NCBI GenBank assembly: GCA_963711215.1
Contig: CAVQDH010000002.1
Coordinates: 1,110,134-1,174,133, forward strand
Length of the DNA: 64,000 nucleotides
Direction: 5' to 3'
DNA from: an uncultured Alphaproteobacteria bacterium
GTDB taxonomy: Bacteria; Pseudomonadota; Alphaproteobacteria; UBA8366
Numbering within the stretch: the first letter of the stretch is position 1; the number at the start of each line of letters is the position of its first letter. The position numbers and the translations under genes were made by a program. The notes beneath the pieces are model-generated. The model was given only the letters and a program-made list of their open reading frames with translations. It searched no databases and had not been told where the DNA came from. Positions 46,901 through 53,378 of the stretch are shown here, piece after piece.

Positions 46901-47498
46901 TGACCGGCGGCGCATCAGAGCCAAAGCGACGATGGAGCTCGGCCGTTACGAAGATGCGATCGCGCTTCTGGCGGGCGATGTCAGTCGGGAGGCCGACCTT
47001 CTGCGCGCCAGCATTTATTGGGGCACGAAAGATTATGGCGAGGCCGCGAAGGTTCTGCAGCGGTTGGCCGGCGATCCGTTGGAGGACGGCGCCTATCCGG
47101 ACGACCAGGCGCGCTACATTCTGAACTGGGCCGTCGCCTTACGCCTCAAGCGCGACGATGCCGGGATCAAGATGCTGCGCGAGCTGTACGGCCCGGGCAT
47201 GGGCAAGAGCAAGCTGGCCGACGCCTTCTCCTATATTACGAGCGACGAGCCCGACAGCGTGAGGAACATCGAAGAGATGTCCAAGCGCATCGCGGAAACC
47301 GACAAGTTCGACGGCTTTCTCAAGGAATATCGCGAACGCCTGATGGTACCGCTGGCAGCGGCGTCCAAGACCGGCAAGGACAAGGCGCCGGCAGAGGCGG
47401 GTCAGCAGCAACAGCCGCCGGCCGCGGTTTCCACGCCGGCGCCGCCGCAGCCTGGCCCGGCCGCCATTCCGCCGCCACCGCCGCCGCCCCAAGGCTAG
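43950..47498 (+). CDS. Large secreted repeat/TPR protein of unknown function (1182 aa)
   Basis: Signal peptide (LLALALLLGFGHASVAA). Three repeats of a beta-rich module marked by [RL][IL]VF[DE]W..PV (RIVFDWPEPV, RLVFDWRKPV, SLVFEWPEPV). Lys/Pro/Ala linker, long TPR-like helical C-half, poly-Pro tail. GTGA overlap with the motB stop. Confidence 0.7.
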   Translation: MSARAVAIWRGLLALALLLGFGHASVAADAVGIRASEHPGYARIVFDWPEPVAFTVATRGRSLWIRFDHALRADPKDLVRPLRRYVAGARLSNDRKGVDIVLSNPYRLESFALGNSVVFDLRPVGSSAEAGQDIQDANFTDVARSADSAPPELPVRVGNHDKYLRLVFDWRKPVDYTVEETKTAVQLRFARAARVDLAALRKRLPAGFSGAAVKSESGSLTLTFPKPPDRRVRHFKAGAKVVLDFMRGGDSAARSKGAVAKAEKPAKPTEKPPLKQPERQPEKSAKKASEPPPPTAAPVPKVQEEALSKTPSAGEKPAESDSATADAGKAMEPSAGGASNGKQDVPAAAAPDAAAKATPPAGAKKAVSLVFEWPEPVGAAVFRREPYVWVVFDKRAELNLAALRTAGADVVTMIEQLPVGSGTVVRMIPKDGLSPHVAREGSNWVVRFEHGPISPQVPIALRVRAEADQGTQLELPVSEFGQIIHIPDPDVGDMIIAATVRAVGHGIAGRRRYPEFELLPSAQGVGMEPLSDDVDIRNAGDRGLVVSAPGGLQISNVNQGAAKTGSYLGPRIFNLASWWGPKDESFIPARQAMFAAVIAAKPERRDDARLDIARFYFARGFGAEALGVLRTIEYANQDMASQPEFHALKGAVQVLMDRPYEARKALLDPSLDQYQEIELWRGSMFLESEEPKKAAAHFRAGEPALSSYPDPIRSRLAIQLVEASLADLDVETAARWLDQLAHEKDKLPRDLAARMLYDQGVLARDNRKLDDAVKIWTKATEGDDRWAAAHAEYALIDLGLQQETMTPDEAIKRLDRLRFQWRGDDLELDVLQRLGKLYLAKNEYRKGLTTLRTAVTYFPEKKRAKSIAKTMSDAFRKLHLAGEADRLPPLKALALYDDFRELTPAGPEGDLMIQRLADRLVAVDLLDRAASLLSHQVRYRLKGEGRARVGAKLALILLLDRNPKGALAALRNSFQPNLPYDVEDDRRRIRAKATMELGRYEDAIALLAGDVSREADLLRASIYWGTKDYGEAAKVLQRLAGDPLEDGAYPDDQARYILNWAVALRLKRDDAGIKMLRELYGPGMGKSKLADAFSYITSDEPDSVRNIEEMSKRIAETDKFDGFLKEYRERLMVPLAAASKTGKDKAPAEAGQQQQPPAAVSTPAPPQPGPAAIPPPPPPPQG

Positions 47499-47539
47499 CA
47501 CCGCATTCATCCGGCTGGAGACGGGCGGGACGCCGGCCG

Positions 47540-48304
47540 TCAGCTCGGGCCGAAGCTTTGCACCAGGCTGCCGGCGACAAGGTACCAGCCGTCCACCAGC
47601 ACGAAAAAAATCAATTTGAACGGCAGGGAGATCATCACCGGCGGCAGCATCATCATGCCCATCGACATCAGCACCGACGCCACCACCATGTCGATGATGA
47701 GAAACGGCACGAACAGGAGAAAGCCGATCTCGAAGGCGCGGCGCAGCTCGGAGATCATGAAAGCGGGAATGAGCGCCTGCAGCGGCGTCTTGTCGGGTGA
47801 ATCGATGTTGTCGGCCTTCGCCATGTTGAGAAAGAGGTCGAGATCCTTCGGCCGGACGTGCTCGAGCATGAAGGTGCGAAAAGGAGCGACGCTTCGGTCG
47901 ACCGCCTGCTGCTCGGTGATCTGCTGTGCGATCAGTGGCGCGATGCCGTTTTGGTAGGCCGCCTCGAGCGTCGGCTGCATGATGAACAGCGTCATGAACA
48001 GCGCCAGGCTGATGACGACCGCGTTGGGCGGCGTGCCCTGCGTGCCGATCGCGGTGCGCAGCAGCGACAGCACGATGACGATGCGGACGAAGGACGTCAC
48101 CATGACGAGGATGGACGGCGCCAGCGTCAGGATGGTGAGGAGGGCGACCAGCTGAACGATACGGCCGGTCGCTTCGCCGCCCGTGCCGAAATCCAGGGTC
48201 ACGTTCTGCGCGCCGGCGGCGCCGGAGACCAGGACGGCAAAGGCAAATGCCACGATCGGCGCGATCGCGCGAAGGACGGCGACGGGGCGTAAGCGTCCCG
48301 TCAC
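47540..48304 (-). CDS. fliP: Flagellar export apparatus protein FliP
   Basis: FVRIVIVLSLLRTAIGTQGTPPNAVVISLALFMTLFIM and the remainder is collinear with FliP. Confidence 0.95.
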   Translation of the reverse strand: MTGRLRPVAVLRAIAPIVAFAFAVLVSGAAGAQNVTLDFGTGGEATGRIVQLVALLTILTLAPSILVMVTSFVRIVIVLSLLRTAIGTQGTPPNAVVISLALFMTLFIMQPTLEAAYQNGIAPLIAQQITEQQAVDRSVAPFRTFMLEHVRPKDLDLFLNMAKADNIDSPDKTPLQALIPAFMISELRRAFEIGFLLFVPFLIIDMVVASVLMSMGMMMLPPVMISLPFKLIFFVLVDGWYLVAGSLVQSFGPS

Positions 48305-48654
48305 TGCCGCGTCTCTCCGGGCGACCGGAGCATGCTTTGGAAGCTGCCGCCCTGCGCACCTGGACGCTGTTGCGCAGGCTTGATGTTGCTTTCGATCAGC
48401 AGGTCGGCCGCATTTCCGAGCAGGACGAGATGCTCCGTATCGTCGCGGCGGATCAGGACGAGGCGCCGCCGGGCGTCGAGAGCGGCGACCTCGACCACGG
48501 CCAGCCGCTTTTCAGCCTGCCGGCCCTTGCTGCGAAAGGCGGGCGAGATCCGCACCGTGCCGAAACCAAAACGGCGCAGCAGGAATGCCAGCATCCCTAT
48601 AAGGCCAAGAACAAAAAGCAACGCCAGAAGGAATCTGACGTATTCAACTTCCAC
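48301..48654 (-). CDS. fliO: Flagellar export protein FliO
   Basis: 117 aa, single TM (FLLALLFVLGLIGMLAFLL), then RLAVVEVAALDARRRLVLIRRDDTEHLVLLG. Overlaps the fliP start. GTG start with GGGGAG RBS. Confidence 0.75.
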   Translation of the reverse strand: MEVEYVRFLLALLFVLGLIGMLAFLLRRFGFGTVRISPAFRSKGRQAEKRLAVVEVAALDARRRLVLIRRDDTEHLVLLGNAADLLIESNIKPAQQRPGAQGGSFQSMLRSPGETRQ

Positions 48655-48730
48655 GGCTTAACGATCTCCCCAGTACGTACGGCAAGGGCCTCCGCGCGAG
48701 GAGACAATTGCCGCCGCGAACCAATTTGCG

Positions 48731-49036
48731 CTATGCGCCCGATCGCCCTGCTGTCGTCATCTGGCCGTCCGAACCGCCCGTCGCTTCGAGATCGGCGATT
48801 TTCTCCTGCACCTCGGCCGCGAAACGCTTGAAGTCCGTCAGCAGCTCGATGAGCGTCGGCCGCAACTCGATCGCATCGTCGGGCGGAAGGTCGGTGATCG
48901 ATCCCATGAGCTCACGCAATCTTCCGGGGATATCGCCGATGTCCACGAGCTCGTTGCGCGCCAGCGCGGCGCGCGCCGTCACGATCATCTCGGCAACGAT
49001 CGTCAGTTCGCCGTTAATGGTGTCTTTCGTCATCAT
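48731..49036 (-). CDS. Hypothetical 101-aa helical protein, translationally coupled within the fliO-fliP operon
   Basis: ATGATGA overlap with the upstream gene. Soluble and acidic, with no motif I recognise. Confidence 0.5.
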   Translation of the reverse strand: MMTKDTINGELTIVAEMIVTARAALARNELVDIGDIPGRLRELMGSITDLPPDDAIELRPTLIELLTDFKRFAAEVQEKIADLEATGGSDGQMTTAGRSGA

Positions 49037-49368
49037 GAGCTGGGTACCTCCGGGGGCTGGGCGCCGTTCGCCGCATAGACGTAGCGCAGGATCTCGGCAA
49101 CGGCGATAAAGGCCTCTACCGGGATTTCTTCGTCGAGATCGATGGCGGCAAGAACCTCGGCAAGGTCCGCGTCCTCGCGCACCTTGATGCCATGCGCAAA
49201 GGCAACCTCGAGGATCTTCTCGGCAATCCATCCGCGCCCCGATGCAACGACTTTGGGAGCGGAGCTCTCGTCGACCGGTTGATAGCGGATGGCGACCGCC
49301 GTGCGGCCGGAATCTTCCTTCGCTGTCGTGCCCGGCGGCGCGGCGCCGCCTTTACGGGAATTCGACAT
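49033..49368 (-). CDS. FlhB C-terminal-domain-like protein (EscU/YscU/HrcU family, stand-alone)
   Basis: AVAIRYQP...APKVVASGRGWIAEKILEVAFAHGIKVREDADLAEVLAAIDLDEEIPVEAFIAVAEIL parallels the FlhB cytoplasmic domain at 53000-53250 but lacks NPTH. Confidence 0.75.
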   Translation of the reverse strand: MSNSRKGGAAPPGTTAKEDSGRTAVAIRYQPVDESSAPKVVASGRGWIAEKILEVAFAHGIKVREDADLAEVLAAIDLDEEIPVEAFIAVAEILRYVYAANGAQPPEVPSS

Positions 49369-49797
49369 GGTGCCTTTCGCTATTGCTCTTGTCCGTCGCC
49401 GTGCATGGACCGTTTTCCCCGAGAATGCGGATCGGCTCCGTGCAGGAGCCGGATGCATGATCTCGACGTCATAAGCGCAACCGACGTCGTCAAGACAATT
49501 AAAGTGCTGCGGACGTACGACAACAACATTCGCCACCCGGCAACACTGTGAATCCTCACCTCTGTTGAAAATTATGCGCAGCTTTTATTCATATTTCCAG
49601 CGAAAATGAAGGGTCAAAAATAAATAGACAATATTCCATCTCGCGAATCGACAGTGAAGATTTCCCCTATATTTCGGATATTGGTTTACATATTAAGATT
49701 TTAACGTTAATTTGCGCTCAAATTGAGAATATGCCCTGCGTGATCCGGTCGCCGTTCTTCCTTGCAGGATGATCGTCGGCCAATCTCAAAACGGGCT

Positions 49798-49849
49798 GTG
49801 GCACGCGAGATGCACGCGAATCGGCTAGAGGGCCGGCAAGAAGTGCCGG
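49798..49849 (+). promoter_or_regulatory. Sigma-54 promoter for flgB-flgC-fliE-fliQ-fliR-flhB with a palindrome just downstream
   Basis: TGGCACGCGAGATGC (49798-49812, GG-N10-GC). CCGGCAAGAAGTGCCGG (49833-49849) lies in the predicted leader. Confidence 0.5.
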
Positions 49850-49879
49850 TTCGATTCGCAGCGGATGGGGAAGGCAGAT

Positions 49880-50284
49880 ATGGACCTGAGCAAGCTTCCG
49901 CTCTTTCGCATGATGTCGGAGAAGATGAAGTGGTTGTCTTCGCGCCAGGGCGTCCTGTCGCAGAATATCGCCAACGCCGACACGCCGAAATACCGCCCGA
50001 TGGATCTCAAGCAGATCGATTTCCGTAAGCCGGACGAGGGCTCGCCGTTCCATGTCGCGCTCGCGCGGACGAACGAGGCGCATATTTCCGGCACCGGCGG
50101 GTCGCAGGATTTCCAGTCGGGCAAGGAGAAGGATCCGTATGAGACTCTGCCGACCGGCAATGCCGTGGTGCTGGAGGAGCAATTGATGAAGGTCGCGCAA
50201 AATCAGCACGACTACGAGCTGATGACGGAACTCTATCACAAGCACATGCAGATGTTCCAAACCGCGCTCGACAAAAATTCTTAA
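49880..50284 (+). CDS. flgB: Flagellar proximal rod protein FlgB
   Basis: LSSRQGVLSQNIANADTPKYR motif. ATG at 49880 preceded by GGGGAAGG; the ORF track's earlier start at 49865 is the alternative. Confidence 0.9.
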   Translation: MDLSKLPLFRMMSEKMKWLSSRQGVLSQNIANADTPKYRPMDLKQIDFRKPDEGSPFHVALARTNEAHISGTGGSQDFQSGKEKDPYETLPTGNAVVLEEQLMKVAQNQHDYELMTELYHKHMQMFQTALDKNS

Positions 50285-50301
50285 CGTAACGGGACTGCAT
50301 C

Positions 50302-50709
50302 ATGGACATCGAAAAAAGCCTGATCCTTTCCGCGGCGGGCATGAAGTCGCAAGGCGAGCGCCTGCGCGTGATCTCCGAGAACCTGGCAAACAGCGATTCC
50401 ACGGCGTCCACACCGGGCGGCGATCCGTATCGCCGCAAGGTCGTCACCTTCCATGACGTGCTCGACCGGAAGCTCGACATGAAGCTGGTCAAGGTCGACC
50501 ACGTGCGCGAGGACAAGTCGGACTTTCCGCTGAAATACGACCCGTCGCAGCCGGGTGCGAACAAGGACGGCTACGTGAAGATGCCGAACGTGAACACGCT
50601 GGTCGAGCTGATGGACATGCGGGAAGCGCAGCGCAGTTACGAGGCGAACCTCGATATGATCGAGGTGAGCAAGTCGATGTTGAGCCGCACGCTCGAGCTG
50701 TTGCGTTAG
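50302..50709 (+). CDS. flgC: Flagellar proximal rod protein FlgC
   Basis: ISENLANSDSTASTPGGDPYRRKVVTF ... MREAQRSYEANLDMIEVSKSM. Confidence 0.95.
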   Translation: MDIEKSLILSAAGMKSQGERLRVISENLANSDSTASTPGGDPYRRKVVTFHDVLDRKLDMKLVKVDHVREDKSDFPLKYDPSQPGANKDGYVKMPNVNTLVELMDMREAQRSYEANLDMIEVSKSMLSRTLELLR

Positions 50710-50748
50710 CGTCGGCGGTATCGGGGCATACCAGAAAGGTAGACGACG

Positions 50749-51052
50749 ATGATCAATCCGGCGGATGCGATAAAGGCATTCAACCAAGCCGCCAGCCTGG
50801 GAAGCGACGGCATGGAGGCGCGTGAGAAGCCGCAGTCGACGTTTCTCGATATGCTCGGGAAGATGGCGGAAAACACGCTCGAACTCGGGCAAGAAGGCGG
50901 AGGCGCTGAGCGAAAAGGCCGTCGTCGGGAAGGCCGATCTGATGGACGTGGTGCAGGCGGTCTCCAACGCGGAGCTGACGCTGCAGACCGTGGTGGCCGT
51001 CCGCGACCGCGTGGTGAACGCCTATCAGGAAATCATGCGGATGCCGATCTGA
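50749..51052 (+). pseudogene. fliE: Flagellar hook-basal body protein FliE, one frame break (possible artefact)
   Basis: The N-part (frame of 50749) and the conserved C-part [38 protein letters not shown] (frame of 50822) join once a G is removed from GGG at 50887-50889. Length is 3n+1. Confidence 0.85.
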
Positions 51053-51106
51053 CGGGACGCGGCTCGCTGTTGCATTGACCGGTTTTCGCGCGAGGAGGTG
51101 GGGGAC

Positions 51107-51373
51107 TTGAACGAAGCGCAGGTGATGGATTTCGCACGCGAGGCGGTCTTCACGATGATGAAGGTGGCGACACCGATCATGGTCGTCGGCATGATCGTCG
51201 GCCTCGCGATCTCATTGTTCCAGGCGCTGACTTCGCTCCAGGAGATGACGCTCACCTTCGTTCCGAAGATCCTGATCGTCTTCACCTCGTTGCTGATATT
51301 GCTGCCCTACATGTTTGAGGTGATGCAGCACTTCATGGAGTCAGTGGCCGACCGCATCGTCGGAATCGGCTGA
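51107..51373 (+). CDS. fliQ: Flagellar export apparatus protein FliQ
   Basis: 88 aa, two TM. TTG start 8 nt after GAGGAGG; the ORF-track GTG at 51098 overlaps the RBS. Confidence 0.85.
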   Translation: MNEAQVMDFAREAVFTMMKVATPIMVVGMIVGLAISLFQALTSLQEMTLTFVPKILIVFTSLLILLPYMFEVMQHFMESVADRIVGIG

Positions 51374-51380
51374 CACGGAG

Positions 51381-52155
51381 ATGCTGCAGACCCTGCAGAA
51401 TCTTCTGCCGGCAGAGATTTTTTCATACCTGCTGGTATTTTCCCGCATTGGAACGACCATTTCCTTGATGCCCGGCTTTGGCGAAAGCTACGTATCGCCG
51501 CGCATCCGCTTGCTGCTCGGGCTGGCGATCACGGTGCTCCTCACGCCGATCGTGCAGAACAAGCTGCCGGCGCTGCCGGGCTCGCCGATCACCTTGGCGC
51601 TGCTCGTCGCCGGGGAAGCGGTGATCGGGCTTTTCATGGGAAGCGTCGCCCGCCTGCTGCTATCCGCGCTTGCGACCGGTGGCGCCATTCTCGCCTTCCT
51701 CAGCGGGCTTGCCAACGCGCAGCTGTTCAATCCTCTGATGTCGGACCAGGGCGCGTTGCCCGGCGTCTTCCTGTCGGTGATGGGGTTGCTGCTGATCTTC
51801 GTCACCGATACCCATCACCTGATGCTGATGGCGCTGCTGGACGGTTATACGGTCTTTCCGCCGGGCGGGCCGCTGCCCTTGGATGATTTCGCCAATATCC
51901 TGGCGCAGCTCTCTGGCGGGCAGCTTCCGGCTCGGGATGGAAATCGCGTCGCCCTTCCTGATGTACGGGCTCGTTTTCTACGCCGGCATGGGGTTGCTTG
52001 CCCGGATGATGGCGCAGCTGCCGATTTTCTTCGTGGCGCTGCCGATCCAGATCATGCTCGGCCTGTTTACCATGCTGCTCACCTTCCCGGCCGCGCTTTT
52101 GTGGTTTCTTAACTACTATCAATCGACATTTACCCGGATCTTGCTCCCCAGCTGA
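51381..52155 (+). pseudogene. fliR: Flagellar export apparatus protein FliR, one frame break (possible artefact)
   Basis: ORFs 51381-52112 and 51883-52155 join near 51915-51920 (G run) to give ...ILAQLS.GSFRLGMEIASPFLMYGLVFYAGMGLLARM. Length is 3n+1. Confidence 0.85.
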
Positions 52156-52192
52156 CAATTGAGGTCGCGCGCACGCCGCGTGGAATGGGCCC

Positions 52193-53287
52193 ATGTCTGA
52201 AGAAACAGACGACACACAAAAAACAGAAGATCCGACACAAAAAAAGGTCGACGAGGCGCGTAGTCATGGCCAGGTCGCCATCAGCCGGGAAATCAATACC
52301 TGGCTCATGCTGGCCGTCGGCACGCTGATCATCGCCATGATGCTGCCGATAATGATGACCCGGCTGCGCGTGGCGCTGCTGCCGTTTATCGAATCACCGC
52401 AACTCTATGCCCTCAACATCGGCGCGACGGTTCACCTGATGAAGGCCACGCTGTTCAGCGTGTTCCTGGTCGTCTTCCTGCCGCTGCTGTTCTTTTTCGT
52501 GATCGCGATGGCCGGGCCCATCATCCAGAACGGATTGGTCTTTTCCCCGAAGGCTCTCGAGGTGAAGTGGGACAAGTTCAATCCGGTGAATGGCGCTAAG
52601 CGCCTGTTCTCCGTGCGGCAGCTGATCGAGCTTCCAAAAGGCATCGTGAAGCTGGCGATCGTCGGCGGTGTCGGGGTTGCGGCGCTGATGCCGGCCTTCT
52701 TCTCGCTCGATGTCGTACCGTCCTTCGCATTGCCCGATTTTCTCGACGCGCTCTATACGCTGATCCTCAAGATGCTGATCGTGACGCTGGCGGCGTTCTT
52801 CGTGATCGCGGTCCTCGACCTCATATTCCAGCGTTTCCAGCACCTCAAGCAGCTGCGCATGAGCCGCCAGGAGCTGCGGGACGAGTTCAAGCAATCGGAA
52901 GGCGACCCGACGGCGAGGCAAAGGCTGCGCCAGGTTCGCCAGGATCGGGCACGGGCGCGCATGATGCAGGCCGTGCCCGACGCCGACGTCGTGGTGACCA
53001 ACCCGACCCATTTCGCCGTCGCCCTCAAATACGAGCCGGAGGCGATGGGTGCGCCGAGGCTGGTCGCCAAGGGCGTGGACCTGATCGCCCAGAAGATACG
53101 CGAAGTCGCCGAGGAGCACGGTATCGCCATCATCGAGAACCCGCCGCTTGCCCGTGCGCTCTACGCCGCCGTCGACCTTGATGAAGAGGTGCCGCCGGAG
53201 CACTATCAGGCCGTGGCCGAGGTTATCAGCTACGTATGGAATATCGAAGGCCGCAGAATGCCCAAGGAGGCCGGTATTGCCCGATGA
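52193..53287 (+). CDS. flhB: Flagellar export switch protein FlhB
   Basis: 364 aa, N-terminal TM domain, NPTH autocleavage site (VVVTNPTHFAVALKY). Confidence 0.95.
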   Translation: MSEETDDTQKTEDPTQKKVDEARSHGQVAISREINTWLMLAVGTLIIAMMLPIMMTRLRVALLPFIESPQLYALNIGATVHLMKATLFSVFLVVFLPLLFFFVIAMAGPIIQNGLVFSPKALEVKWDKFNPVNGAKRLFSVRQLIELPKGIVKLAIVGGVGVAALMPAFFSLDVVPSFALPDFLDALYTLILKMLIVTLAAFFVIAVLDLIFQRFQHLKQLRMSRQELRDEFKQSEGDPTARQRLRQVRQDRARARMMQAVPDADVVVTNPTHFAVALKYEPEAMGAPRLVAKGVDLIAQKIREVAEEHGIAIIENPPLARALYAAVDLDEEVPPEHYQAVAEVISYVWNIEGRRMPKEAGIAR

Positions 53288-53378
53288 CCAGCGCAAGACC
53301 GTGACCCCGGGAGCCGGCCGCGGCAGGGGCGGGGGACCGGGCGTGCCGGCCGCGCCAGCGCCGGCCGAGCGCTACGAT

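Noticed and set aside
49691-49710. Cluster of three TTAA words, including the palindrome TTAACGTTAA, in the AT-rich flgB / flhB-like divergent region, considered as a CtrA box.
   Set aside because: The spacings are 4, 2 and 10 nt; none is the required TTAA-N7-TTAA.
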